A stretch of DNA of 63,765 nt, counting the filler, from Dugesia japonica (Eukaryota): the NCBI GenBank assembly GCA_001938525.1. It is 5 parts of 5 records of this genome, joined end to end, with 100 filler letters (N's around TTAATTAATTAA, not from the genome) between each part and the next. Parts side by side here need not be neighbours in the genome. Positions count along the whole stretch, not along the records: positions 19,334 to 32,493 come from MQRL01642154.1; positions 32,594 to 55,438 come from MQRL01605047.1; 3 more parts are not named here. One strand, written 5' to 3'. The translations under genes were made by a program, and so were the position numbers. Below the pieces are notes generated by a model. It did not search any database, was not told the DNA's origin, and saw only the letters and a program-made list of their open reading frames with translations. This document shows positions 23,444 to 37,305 of this stretch, in pieces. The first letter of the stretch is position 1. Every line of letters starts with the position of its first letter.

Positions 23444-25069
23444 AACTAAATAAAGAAAAACGGATTTTAAGTTATATCACGTGGTTAAGTTTCTCAACTA
23501 AATATGGATCATCTTGCCGAATCTTATTAATATGACGGCTCGCTCCGACTCCACAATATTAGTTTATTGAACGATTCCAAATCCGAATCTTTGGATAATT
23601 TTCGGATTTTACCAATATTTATAACCTCCGTNNTCTCAATAGTAAAGTTAACAAAAAAAATTGATGGAAAATAATAATCACTTCGGTACGTGAATATCGG
23701 TTGACGGAACCCTATGAGTCATTTTGCTTAACGTAGACGCTGTTTACACGGTAAAATAGTAGTAGAATAAAAAATAAAATTGATATTCGAATCGGCTCCC
23801 GTCCTGCTGTTAAGTTAAAAATGATCTTATTAATTGCGACTAACCGACACCTCTACCAAATAAAAGTGGCACTTATATTTAGAATAACATCGATAATTTA
23901 CTATAACATTTGTGCGGTTAGTAATAAAAGTAATAAAAATAACAATTTGTGTTAATTATAATAAATTTTGATCATTTCGGAGTTTAAGTAATTTGAATTT
24001 ACGCATTTGTTGGTTGCTTAGGAGTATTCACGTGTGTATAATACCCAGACAATTTCATCGGGTTATGTGTGCTGGATCATTCAGTAGATAGTCCGACAAC
24101 AACTCCAATATTCATGCGATGATTCATTTAACCGTGCCATGCATGTCAACTCATTCTACTACCACTCGTAATTCTACATGAAATCACTCGATTCTCTGGA
24201 AAAATTTAGAATAGTTACCTACATTTTGTATTGCGTTGGATTATTAACTCGTTGTTATTGGATTTTATTCAACATCATCAGCGAACACTTCCCCATGGAC
24301 CTCTAGGGCTGGTTTATAATTTGGAGTCAATCTATGTGAATTATTACTTTTTCGTAGAATAAATAGTTATAGTTACAGTGATTTTTCTTATTAATGATGC
24401 CGATCCATGTGTTGAATTGCATGTTTTATTAGCGCAAATTAAAGTCAACGGCTGATCCCATTTTCCTACTTAAATCGTAATGTTGGTATTTTATTCAACT
24501 AGGTTCTACATTATTTTCCAGTGCATGGATTACTCAATGTAGTGCAGAATAAAGGGGAAGATATCACCATTTGGAAAAATGTTTTTCTAGTTACCTAATA
24601 GTGTGGGGCCTCAACATCATCAGAAAAACTTTCACACAAAAAAGATTTTATCGTCTATCAACTGCTATGATGATATTTTATAAATAATATACTAGTTACG
24701 ATACATATATTTTTTAAATCAATAATATTCCACTAATCATAAAATAACATTTAAATATAATTACAAGGAGACTTTACTTTTCTTTTAGTCGAAATTTAAG
24801 GGTCTCTGCAACAGGGCTCGTAATCGATTCGAAATGCTCAGAACGGTTTCTTCAGTTATTTATTTTTCTCTTCCTTGTCTAGGTATTGTTGATTCTCTTT
24901 CTTGTCCTTGAATTACGGTTAAATGAGGTTCAATTAACTAGAACTTACTGTGAAGTTTTCCCGTGCAATGGACTGTTTCTGGTCAGAAAATACTACTGTA
25001 ACTTGCTGAGAATTAGAGTAATCCGTTAATAAAACACTATCAATTGTTTGTTGAAGTTTGGTGAAGAAA

Positions 25070-25315
25070 GCAGTTTTTTATATAGCTGATTTTTTGCCAA
25101 CACCAGGGGTCTTTTTATAGGATTTTCTTGCACAACCCGACATCGTTCTCATTGGTTGGTATTTTAGTTTCAAAATTCCAAAATTCTATTGGTGATGGTG
25201 CTATCATTCCAGAATTTTCGTAGAGTTTTGGAATTCTGATTGGTAAGTATTTTTAGGGGGCCATGTAATCGTTCCTTCTTTGTTTTATTTTTATTTTTAG
25301 GTATCTGATTGGTTC
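25070..25315 (-). promoter_or_regulatory. Pol II promoter-like region of inner element (multiple CCAAT boxes upstream of TATAAAAA)
   Basis: ATTGG at ~25151, 25188, 25239, 25308 and TTTTTATATAG at ~25075-25085; similar layout recurs at ~27130-27380, ~29150-29370 and ~31990-32190. Confidence 0.5.
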
Positions 25316-25797
25316 GATCTTGGAAACCCTACAGCACCCTTCTGGATGATGGTAAGTTTTTTCTCCTGATAATTCTTAATGATCCTTGTTCTTCCCTTCT
25401 GGAATTTTCTCGTACCGTAGTTCTGAAGCAAAGTAATTTGCATAAAACGGATTTTGACCTCATTTTATTTTAATTTTGAAATTAAATTAATTAATATTTT
25501 TTGATAATTAAATCGTTTGTTAAATAATTTTCTTATTCATCCAAATAATAATTTGATAATTTCTCTTAATTAGATGTCTTGACGGGGCTGGTTGGATTGT
25601 TCGAATTTATTATTATCAGCTTCTTTTATGTGGTTCATTTATTCTTTGGTTTACAATCCTATCCGATGGTTGTACCGGTTTTTCTTCTTCTTTTAGTTGT
25701 TTTCAGGATACTTGTGTAGCTTACTTCCTTTCCCATATCTTGTATTTGATGACCACCGTTGTCTTAATTCCCTTCGTCTGGGTGTTTCACCCCAACA

Positions 25798-25835
25798 ATA
25801 ATAAGAATAATAATAGTAATAATGTTAATAATAAC

Positions 25836-25889
<54 letters not shown>

Positions 25890-25989
25890 TATAATAATNN
25901 NNNNNNNNNNNNNNNNNNNNNNNNNNNNNNNNNNNNNNNNNNNNNNNNNNNNNNNNNNNNNNNNNNNNNNNNNNNNNNNNNNNNNNNNN

Positions 25990-26047
<58 letters not shown>

Positions 26048-26075
26048 TTAGTAATAATAATAACAATAATGATGA
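25798..26075. repeat. (AAT)n microsatellite (further copies at 19334-19406 and 38141-38333)
   Basis: Directly visible; generates poly-N/I/L/Y ORFs. Confidence 0.95.
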
Positions 26076-27904
26076 TAATTAATCATGTCACAAAAATTCT
26101 TTGTAATCTGCTGACAATATTACTGCCCAATTAATATAGAAGAATGCCGATGGCGTAAGTGAATCTATAACCAGACTTCTTTCATCAAAATTGGCAGCGT
26201 CTCTAGTAAGGAAAATCAAATCCATTGATTATTCCATCTATGGAATGAATCAATGCCAAGAAAAGTAGTAAGCAATGTTTGTTCACCGGTGTGTTGACAC
26301 ATAGAGCAATATGACTAATTGGGTTTATCGATTACTTGTAACTGGAGTTTGCTAAATTATTCTTATGCGCTAAGCATCGACCAGTGACGGTCTAATAAGA
26401 AATGTCAGTGTGTTTTAACTGTCTGAGTTGGTCATAGTTTTCTTAGTTGATTCATAAAAATGTTTTGCTAGTTGGAAAATCCTCATTACGCGGCGGTGAT
26501 AATTCTGTCAGCCTTAGATTCATGCCCTTATGTTGGAATATATTACATTCGTCGCATTCAATATCTATGTCACACCGTGATTCAGGTGTTTCCAATTTTA
26601 TGTAAGAATCTCTTAGGAATATGTCAATTTCAGGCTATTATCGAGATAATTGAAACTAGAATTTTTTGGAATTACATATCATCACAACGAATAGTTTGGA
26701 TTCATGGAATTATTTGACTTATTGACTGGCTTATCAAATAAATGGAAATAAAAATAAATATATATGTTTTATAATAATAAAGATTTATGAATACAATTGT
26801 TTATTTGACAAAATATTTTATAACAAAGTTGAATAATCAACCATACTCACTATTTTATTAAAATGATGATTCTGCAACAGAGAATGAAATGAATAGCCTA
26901 TTCGTTCTGTTCCAACAAAGGTGAGTAGAATCTTGGTTCACGACTATTTTCTTAATTAATAGATTTATTATGTTCCTTCGTTCCTTTCGTTTACTCCACG
27001 GATCTGGTAAATTTAAAATAAGTAAATTTGGTGATATTTCAATTTCAATGGATTACCTTAGAGAAGTTGTTACGTTTTCTTAACCACACTATTATACGAA
27101 ATTAAAGGTCGAAATATACGCTGGTAGAGTGTATAAAATCAAAAAATTGGGTGGTTTTTCTACTAAAATCAGGGTGCCTTTTACATGGTTTCTCTTCGCA
27201 CCCCAACTTCTTTCACATTGGATGGCTATTTTTAATTTGAATTTTCCGTTTCTTATTGGAGCTAATGCCAATTTTCTTAAATCTTTACAGAATTTTAGAG
27301 TTCTCATTGGCTGTTCTTTTTAAATCATCAGGTGAAGTTTGGTTCTTTGTTTTATTTTTATCTTCTTGGCCCTCATTGGCCTAATCTTCGAACCTTTGGC
27401 AAAACCCTCCTGATGGTGATACAATTTTCTAGATGTGCAATCCTGATTTTCCGATACTTCCTCTGTTCGGTTTTTCTTAGTACCAGCTTCTATGATTTTC
27501 CTGAGCGAAGTTATTCGCAATAAAAGAATTTTGGACTAATTTAAATTCATTTTCCGTTAATATTTAATTAATAATTTTATAATAATTAATTCTTTTCCCT
27601 TGGCCATTTTCTTGTATTTTAATATTATTATAATAATTTTCTTAACTAATGATGGTGATGAATGCTTAAATTGGTTGGCCTGAGGTCTTCCGATCTATTT
27701 TCTTTTCTTCTTTGATCCTTTGATAATGGTTTTCTCGCTATTTTATTTACAATGATTCCTCGTAATTGCTTTTCTTTCCGATTTTCGTAATACCGACTAT
27801 TATATTTTACTGCTGATGATTTCCTGGGTTAATATTCGTCTTGAACAGTATGCCATGGGATCCCCGGTCTTATTTTCTTCTAGATTGGCCGTTTCACTCC
27901 AACA

Positions 27905-29880
27905 ATAGGTATAATAATAGTACGAATAATACATAATATTGATAAAAGTAATAATAATAATGATAATAATAATGGCCGTAATGTTAAGAATGATGCTAAA
28001 TATAACTTGCGCAGTGATAACGCCAATATAATAACGATAAGAATTATGATAGCTTAATTATAGTAAACACGGCAATCATTGCTCCCTTAGTAATGAGATA
28101 TATTGTGAGCAACAATGACAGAATCGTTCATATGTTTCATTAGCGGGAACTACGTCAACAGATGGAGTTTAGTAGATTCATTGAAAATAATAACATCAGC
28201 AACGAAATTTCAGTGATCGACCACGGTGGTGGTAAATATTATGATTATTTCCGATTGACACAGTTTCTAATTTGGGTAGTGAAGAGAAATAACTCATTTT
28301 CATGCAACAGATATACAGCGTGCGTGTGTTACTGCGACTGATACTATCCTTCAGTCACTCGGGAGTCCAAACTCGACCATGACTTTACAACTGATATTAC
28401 CATGAGTCTAATAGTCCTTTTTTTATAATAAATGTAATCAGTGACCGGGCTAGATCGATTCAGTAATAGTAAAACGGAGGAATGTTTATCTTTTATTCGA
28501 GTCATCACATTTTCTCTCGCCTAATGATTCCACATCTGATTTATGGAACTCTATCATTCCTGCCTGACTCTTGGTGGGTATTTATGTTTTTAGTTAGTAG
28601 TAAAGGCAACTAATCTACAAGGAATAAGAGGCGTTAGCGATTTGATTTATAAGACAGGGTCAGGTGAGGCTGAAGTAACTTTGTGTGTTTCTGGAATTGT
28701 CATATATTTGCCAGTTGCAATAGGTGATGATTGTCTAATTAACTGTCTGTTTGCTAATTTATGGAGTGAATACGTCACAATAACCATGATATCGAGTGAA
28801 TATGTAGTCATTGTTGCATCAGAAAATTAACTGAGGTAATAAAGTTAAACAATTTTATTTTCTAAATATAAAGAATTTCATCAAATATAAAACAAAACAT
28901 ACTGATAGTTTGATCTCAGCAACAAGAATTAAATGACTGAAAATTTCCATTTCAATGCTGTTTTCGTGAATAAATGTATTCGTCCAATTACTGCAAATTA
29001 TTAAGCAATTTCTGTCACAATTAATGTTCACTAATATGATTTTTCTCTAGTTGCTAACCTTCAATTAATCTCAAAGATTTGTAGATATTTTCTGATTTTC
29101 AGGGTGGTTTAAATAGTATTTTATTTGCACCACTACTTATCTTTCATTGGCTTATTATTTTTAGGGTGGTTTAAATAGTATTTTATTTGCACCACTACTG
29201 ATCTTTCATTGGCTTATTATTTTTAGGGTTTGTCTGTAGTTCCTTATTGGCCTTTTTCTGTGATTTTAGATTTTTCTATAATTTTTCTTAAGTTTCTATT
29301 GGTGCCTATTTATGGGTACAACATGATTTTTAAGTGCTTATTCTTTGCTTTTTTCATGGCTTCTCATTGACCAAATCTTCTTGACCCTTCTAAAGATGTT
29401 ATCATTTTCTTAGCAAAATCGGATTTCTCTTGCTTTTTCTCGTACCGTCATTTTTTTATCATCCCAAGCAAGGTTATACGACTTTTCACTTTTCCTGTTT
29501 AATGACCTTCCATTTTTGTACTTATTAATTAATTTTTTCTTTATTATTTGCCTAATTTTAATTCTATTAATTTTAATGTATTATATTTGTTTTTCGAAAT
29601 ATTTCTTGATCATCGGTGATTAATTGTTATTCTACTACTGCCTTTAATTATTCCATATTATTTTCCATATTTCTTCTAATTTCCTTTTAAATTTCTTAAT
29701 TAGTTATTTGTTATTATTTCTGTCTTATTTTTAGATTGAAATTAATATTAATTGTGAATCATCTATTTGTTTCGGGCCATCCTTGTATTATTTCTTCTTC
29801 CTTATCTTTTTATTGATTCAATCTTATTGATTGCTCGACTGTACTAATTTTATTTCTAATACTCGAGTGTTTCACCCCAA
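27905..29880 (-). mobile_element. Right half of a third, older copy of the nested LTR-like family
   Basis: AAT-rich start, same CCAAT layout, TTTTCTCGTACCGT motif, ends GTGTTTCACCCCAA. Confidence 0.55.
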
Positions 29881-30999
29881 AATTATTTTACAATTTATAA
29901 ACAATAAGATCTAATATTAAATGGAAAATTTGAATCAAGTTGAAAAAGATTTAAAAGATCCCATAACAATGTCATTCATAAGTTAAAATAGTTTTACAAT
30001 AGTTCAAGTCAAAACGATTCCTATCTAAATGTTCATATAATTTAGCTTTCCATTCAAATTTTTCATTACAATTTTTACAAGTATATTCTTTCATTTTATT
30101 ATTAAAAAATTTTAATATTTTTTAAAAAACAAAAAAATAAAAATAACAAGAGACTAACCACAAGTTATACGTAACCGGGCATTCCTTGTGGTATTACAAT
30201 CTTGCTTCATAAAGCGAAATCTTATATTCAAAATATTTCATAACATTAAATATATATATGAAAATATAGGGTAAACCTTGGTGGGAATGCGTCGGTTTCT
30301 TATTATTCAAATTTGGTGATGCTAGAAAAGCATTCAAATAAAAAGGGATTATCACCAAAGTTAATGCGACGATACAAATGATCTTACGAAATATCTAAAA
30401 CTACAGATCCAAATGTCCTATTACAACTGAACAATAAACCGGATCATTAACCATTTTTCGTTCATGCAAACCGGTGTAAGATATTTACACCAATCGTTAC
30501 AGATGCGGTTGAAGAAAACCAGAAAAAAGTTAAAATTCAACCAGAAAAGTCTAATTAACAAAACTCTTCAGAAGATCACATATATCCTCTACGATCTAAA
30601 CTACCATCTAAAACAGTCAGTTTTCTAGTAATGTGTTTTCGAACAAATCGTACAAAGCTAAATCAAAATATTTTAATTCTAGGTAACTGTGGACAAAGAC
30701 TATTCAATTTTTTATTCCTCCGCCATTTCCTCCGGGGTAACTTGACTTAGTATTTCTATTACTCCGCTCCTGCCCTGGCGACACGGTTTCCATCATAGAT
30801 TTGGTGTTTGGTATAAATTCCGATGTTCGCGGAATGGTTTTTTCCGTCTGGGCTTCCATTTTAAATACTCGTTCTGTTAGCCGATCTGACGCAATTCGCA
30901 ATATTGCTAATGCATCCTGTAGGGTAATTTTACATTGTTAACGTAGTAATTCGACAAGGTAATTTTGATTTAGTACCTGTGTTACGGCGGTTATTTTCA

Positions 31000-32493
31000 T
31001 TTAAATCCTAGAATTTAGAATATAAAGAAATACCACTATCGTGTAAAATTCAGGTTTCTTCACTAATTAATTCCAATAATTAATTAATTATTTTCAAGAG
31101 GAGGGAAATTCATTACTGCAATTCCGACTGTTAAGTTTTTTCATATGTAATTTTTATCTTCAACATGAAACTACGACATTCAACAATTATTGCTGCTTAT
31201 ATTTTTTTCTGATATTATAGGGCATAACTAATCTGATACATGTATTATCTGCCAACTTGGTGTTGATTCATGTAATAGGCATGCCTGGTGTACACACCTA
31301 CGGTATCTGCAATTAAAAACGCGAATACGCATAGAATCCGGTATACACATAATCAGGTATACTAATTTTGTGATTGGAAAATTGATTTTTCTATTTTGCT
31401 GAGATTACTTAACTCGATTTATACCGGAGTGACTAGAGTGTATATTTAGCAATTATGACTTTACTTATCTTATCGCCGATGTGAGAAATGTCGACAATAA
31501 TTCGGTGTTTTTTTTAATACTGTGAATAGTAAAATTGTTGCATTATTATTCCGTTTTATTTTAATTTAAATATAAAGGCTAAATAAATATAGATGAACAT
31601 TAAATAACTTTATTTAATATAAACTGACCGACATTGTATAAAATTATAAAAACAAACACAGTACTTACTGATAAAAAAATTAATTTCTGCAACGGTTTTG
31701 TTTTCTGCTGTTACTTAATAGAAAGTATGGATTGTAGTGAATCTACTGTCTCTTCCTGTTTCCTTTAATTGATTTTTAGTTCAAAATAAATTAGGAGGCT
31801 TACTACTTGATCGTTCTCTAGAAATGTCGAGTTGGTTTTCCGAGTTAAAGAGTGAATTCCTGGATTAACAATTTCAGTGAAAATTACTGTTATCAGTCGT
31901 AATTGTAATGACACGTGAATTGATACTCACTGTGAGTGTTATATAATAATTCAAATTGAGGGTAATTTCATCTGAAATTCGGGGGGCTTATAAAGAGTTT
32001 TTCTGAGTTTTTACCCGACTTTCTTCATTTTGGTTAACTATTTTTATTTTTCGTTTCATGTTTCCTATTGGTGCCAACTCCAAAATTCTAAAATTTTTGA
32101 TGATTTTCGGCCCCATTAATGGTGCCTATTTTTGGAGCACCTTTTGATTATGTCTTTGTTTTACGTTTCTTTTCTGGCCCCTTATTGGCCCATTCTTCAA
32201 GCCCTTTTAGCGGGCCTTCTGTTGTTGGTAGCGTTTTCTTGTTGCAACATTATATTACCCTGTCACTTTTTCCTTCCTGTTTTTCTTACTAGGATCCTTT
32301 ATGATCTTTCAAAGGGAAGATATCTTACCAAAACTGATTTTCACCCAATTATTCTTCTTTTTTGCAATAAATTAATTAATTTTTTCCTTGTTAATTAATT
32401 ATTATTTTACCATATATTTTCTTATTTTTAATTAATAATTATATTTTTCTTTAATTATCGAAAAAGGTAAGTGCTTCTATTTCACCCCGCTGA
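31000..32493 (-). mobile_element. Fourth partial copy of the LTR-like family
   Basis: Same promoter-like layout; ends TTTCACCCC at the contig end. Confidence 0.45.
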
Positions 32494-32537
32494 NNNNNNN
32501 NNNNNNNNNNNNNNNNNNNNNNNNNNNNNNNNNNNNN

Positions 32538-32549
32538 TTAATTAATTAA
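32538..32549. other. Artificial contig-joining linker
   Basis: N44-TTAATTAATTAA-N44. Confidence 0.95.
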
Positions 32550-33396
32550 NNNNNNNNNNNNNNNNNNNNNNNNNNNNNNNNNNNNNNNNNNNNCAGTTTG
32601 CTGTTGTTAAATTTACTTAGATAAGAAAACTTATCAAAGATCTTGATAACGCCTATCAGAAATTGAGCAGTTTACAAGCACATCAAAGCCTCATTTTTCC
32701 TCTATTGAACAATGAATTCTTGGATTATCAAAACAATCTCAGTTGTAAACAAACTGGNNNNNNNNNNNNNNNNNNNNNNNNNNNNCAAAAATTACATAGA
32801 TTTGGGATACTTCTGCTTTCCATTAATAATATCACAAACAAAGCATTTCAGATTCTTGAAAAGGGTTTCTTTTGTGAATTGGAACTCAATCTCATTCTGA
32901 AAATTATGGTAACGTTTTGATGGAATTCGTTTACAATGAAAATTAGTATGAAAACATCAGTAGATTATTTTTAGTAGAGAGTAGTGGGATACGTCAGCAC
33001 TGGCACGATGACCCCCCCTCCCCCCTCCCCCCCGTCGATCGTGCTAGTAATTGAAGTGCCAGTAATTGAAGTTTCAGTATGAAAGAATTTTGANNNNNNN
33101 NNNNNNNNNNNNNNNNNNNNNNNNNNNNNNNNNNNNNNNNNNNGAAAAGGGTTTCTTTTGTGAATTGGAACTCAATCTTATTCCGAAAATTATGGTAACG
33201 TTTTGATGGAATTCGTTTACAATGAAAATTAGTATGAAAACATCAGTAGATTATTCTTAGTAGAGTTTCTGAAATTTCGTATTAGCGAATTTCGGGCACG
33301 TAAATTTCACCGAACTTTAAATCAATTATTCATTTTTACCCTTATTTCATTAGTAGAAAATATTCCAAAATTATTTGTAATGGAAAATTACCACCA

Positions 33397-34770
33397 ATGA
33401 AAGATGAGGAATACTTAAATAAATTGAATAATAATCTAGTCTCAAATGGACATATTTTTAAAGAACTAGCTAAAAATCTACATTCTAGAGGATCTCAACC
33501 AGCAAAACTATATGGTTTACTTAAAGCTCATAAAAATGGAGTTTCTATGCGACCAGTTTTATCTATGATTTGTACAGCCCAGTATAAAAATTCCAAAATA
33601 TTTGGATTCTAAATTGAAACCATTAATGAATTCTAATTTCCAAAGTAAGGACAGTTTTGAGTTTGTAAATTTTATCTCAAATTCTGTTATAAGTAATAAT
33701 GATGAGTTTATGGAGTCTTGATGTTTCTAGCTTATTCACTTATGTTCCTTGGCTGGAAACAATAGATCTTTGTTGTGATTTATGGGAGAATAATTAGAGT
33801 GATCATTCTGATTCGAGTATGTTAGATGGTAGTTATGGGTTCTTTAGCTACGACATTAGTGTCGACTTTCTTGAATAAGCTTGAAGAACAAATGAACTTG
33901 TATTATTTGAAAAGATATTATTACAAAAGATATGTTGACGATGTTTTCCTTATTTTTAGTAATCGTAAACATGTTTTGCCTTTCCAGAGTTTTATGAATT
34001 CGTTACATCCTAATATTAGATTTAATGTTGAGGAGAAAAGAAATGGTGTTTTGCTTTTTTTGGATATTTTAATTGAAAGGAAATCAACACATTATGAGAC
34101 TGAAATCTACAGAAAGAAACGTGATAGTAACTTGTATGTTACCCCAAATAGTTTTTGTGATTCTGCTTATAAAAGGAACATGATAAAGGGTTTAATATTT
34201 TGTTATTATTCGTTGGCCTCAACTTATTCAAAATCCATTAAAAGTATTGAACATTTATCAAAGTTACTTCAAGCAAATGGATATAATAAACAATTTTTAA
34301 ATTCATTGTCTTTGCAGACAATTGACAAAATATTGGTTGGTAATAATATTGATTTCGATAAAAAGACTGAAACTTTATTGAATAATCCTGAACCTGATAA
34401 CATTTTATCAAATTGTATTGGGCCATTTGTTTCATCGATTCCTTATTTTGAAGGTTTTTAATAGTTTAAGAATTCAATTCTGAAAGCTGCTATGGATTTG
34501 CCTTTTTTGAAAATTGTTTCTTCTTCGCAAAAGATCGTTAATAGCTTTGTTAATAAATCTCATAAACCAATTGGTTTGTGTTCTAACCTTGTTTATCAAT
34601 TTAAATGTAATAGTTGTGAAGCCACATACATTGGAGAGACTGTCCGTCATATCTGTACAAGGGTTCAAGAGCATAATCGTTTTGGTGGTGGTTGTAATAT
34701 TTCTGAGCATAATAATAAAAGTATTTGCAATGCGAATGTTGAAATTTCAAATTTTAAAATTTTGTACGGT
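33397..34770 (+). mobile_element. Decayed Penelope-like retroelement (RT + GIY-YIG endonuclease)
   Basis: LYGLLKAHK..MRPV, MGS, RYVDDVF, NSLHPNIRF, FLDILI; GIY-YIG NLVYQFKCNSCEATYIGET..TRVQEH. Confidence 0.9.
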
Positions 34771-36925
34771 ACAAAACACCCACGATACATAGTGCTCACG
34801 GACAATACATTCACAAATAAAAATAATTTAGTTTTTTTAACTTTTTGTAAATATAATATGTAGAATATGCATTTCGAAGGGGATTCCACCATCCCGCATG
34901 TTACATGCACTCCACTCTAATTTAGAATATACAATAAAATTAATATTCGGAAAGTATTCTCAATGTAATTCGAACATAAAAATGAGAAATAAATAATGTT
35001 TATTAAATATTTGATATTCGATGCGAGATAAGTGTTCACAACTAAGATTGAAGTGTTTAAATTATTTTCTGAAAATAAAGAATTGTAATGTTTGAACGAA
35101 TGATCTATAAATGAATCGAATATCGAATCAAGTTTTGTCAACCTCTTAAAATATTTAAATTATTTTGTTATAATTAATCAATTATAAACTCTTTTGTTGC
35201 GTCACATATGTTTTCTCCTAAGTAGGGCAAATAATTAATTATTCTTTTTCAATTAGTTGACGGACTTGCTAAAAGTCTCAAGAAAGTCAAATCATCAAAA
35301 TTACAAAAAACGAATTATGATTGAGTGCACAGCCATTTCATAATTATTTAATAAAATATATTCGAATAAAACCTAAGTAAATAATTAATATAATTCTACG
35401 CGATCAGATGTGATTTGGTAGAATTATCTTTACTTAGTAATAAGTAAAAGATAAATATGTAAATTGTATATGATAAAATATATGTAAAATCTTTCAATAT
35501 TCAATTCATCAATTTCTTTATATCTCTCTGGATATAATGTCCATGTCTCGCGAACGTAATGTTTGGGTAATGTTATGTCTCGTTAGCGTTATGTACCGTT
35601 AGCCTTTCGTTGTGACACGCTTTGAAATGGTGATGATTTGATAAATTTAACAAGAACCTATCGAACACTTTTAAAACTTTATTTTATTGAATTATTTTGG
35701 AATTTCATACTTTCTACTTCACGTTCTTCATTGTCTCTAAAATTATCGATATCATCAAGATTCTCACTTCTTATATTCTCTGTGTTATTCACATCTGGTT
35801 TATAAAATATATTTTTTCGCTCAATTTTAATCCGTGTGTCAAGCATCATTGATATAAACACGGTGATTCTCTACCATATTTCAGCACTATAACAGCTCCA
35901 TCGTCCGTTGCACTTATTATCATCTATTCATAATTGTAATTTAAATAATTTTGGACAGTTTCAATTAGGTTTTCAGCATAACTACGTCCAAATAGTCCAC
36001 AATTTAAATCTATGTACAAATAACGTCGATTTTGTGTATTTGTTCAATCATCAAGAGTATTTTAATATTTGTTATCTTTCAGCAATTCACTTTCAATTTT
36101 CTTTCTAAATAGAATCCTAATTTTTTAAATATAAATTGAAATGAGAAAACAAACGTGTTTAAATACAAAACTAATACAAATTATATTAAATTCAATAATT
36201 AGAAAAGCATTGCTTTCTGAGCAAAAACACCAAGCCCAAGCCTAGGCTGGTCTGAAACTATAATCTATGGATTGTACACCAATACTACTCAACTTGTCTT
36301 TCATCTTTATTTTATATTTCCGTATTTTTCGGTGTAGTCGCTACTATTTTTCTATTTAAAGACAAGTGCGACTAATACAGAGCAGCGACTTATATGATAA
36401 ATTTGTTTTTATCTGTGTTATTATTAATTTTTATACATAATAGAAAAACTCAGATTTTATCCACCGTACGTTTATATTTCTGCATAATTTACGCAGGTGT
36501 GACTTATAACCAACAAAATACAATATATTATTTTTCACCAAAGTTTCGTCAACTTTTCGGTTGATGAAACACTAATTTTATCCATGATAATTAATTTTCC
36601 AAGACTTTACAGAAGAATTGACAGTATGTATCTGGTTCAGTCAACAATTCTTATTATACACAATTATACACAATTCTTATTTGAATGACATTTATTGCCT
36701 ATTCACATAATCTAATTAAACAATTACAATTGTTAGGTAAATCTTCTAAACATAATTTATTTTCTAAATCACAACTATTCATTTCAAGCATATTCACGAT
36801 TATTAACTATAAAAATATTTATTAAAACAAGGTGAAATAAAAATTAATAATTAATAAAAATAATTTATCTTAATTCATATTGGTTGATATTCTTCCTAAT
36901 TATTTCCTTATAACAATGAAATATA

Positions 36926-37305
36926 CAGTCAAACCCTGTTAATACGCGGCTCAATAACAAGTGAGTCCGTTAAACACACGGTCGTATCATGGCTGCCAAT
37001 GTTACAAAACAATCGTCAATTGGAACGTCACTTATAGATTGATAAATCCAACCGTAGATGAAACTAAGAAAAATATTATGTTTTGCATTTTTGATAAAAA
37101 AAATTCTTTTCTTCAAGTAAATATAGATAAAATAATTTACAATTACTAACTCTGAAGTTGTATTTTTATGAAGAACGATTGATGAATGCAACTCGTATAT
37201 TTTCTTAACGCTCATTTACACATGAGCAACGTGATTCGTAGTTTATTTGGCAAGCGGTATGCAAATCTTGGACCCGGACTACTGCGTGTCAACTGGGTCC
37301 GACTG
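36926..37305. mobile_element. Tc1/pogo-type MITE, TA TSD
   Basis: TIRs CAGTCAAACCCTGTTAATACGC / CAGTCGGACCCAGTTGACACGC, TA on both flanks. Confidence 0.75.

Larger units (their letters stand above)
21398..25797 (-). mobile_element. Inner 4.4-kb LTR-like element (TGTTGGGGT...ACCCCAACA, TSD ATAA)
   Basis: Perfect 9-bp inverted termini, ATAA on both flanks, minus-strand CCAAT/TATA promoter at the right end, four small minus-strand ORFs. Confidence 0.8.
19407..27904 (-). mobile_element. Outer ~4.1-kb LTR-like element (TGTTGGGGT...ACTCCAACA, TSD ATAG) interrupted by a nested relative
   Basis: ATAG at 19403-19406 and 27905-27908; short inverted termini; ORFs homologous to those of the inner copy. 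Confidence 0.75.

Noticed and set aside
25740-26082. Poly-Asn/Ile/Leu/Tyr ORFs (also 19286, 38079, 38125) and X-filled ORFs
   Set aside because: Microsatellite and N-gap read-through.
29100-29228. ~61-bp tandem duplication as CRISPR-like repeat
   Set aside because: Two adjacent copies with no spacers, inside an LTR-like promoter region of a eukaryote.
35679-36100. Possible hAT transposase remnant (MLDTRIK)
   Set aside because: Only one short motif, no TIRs identified.
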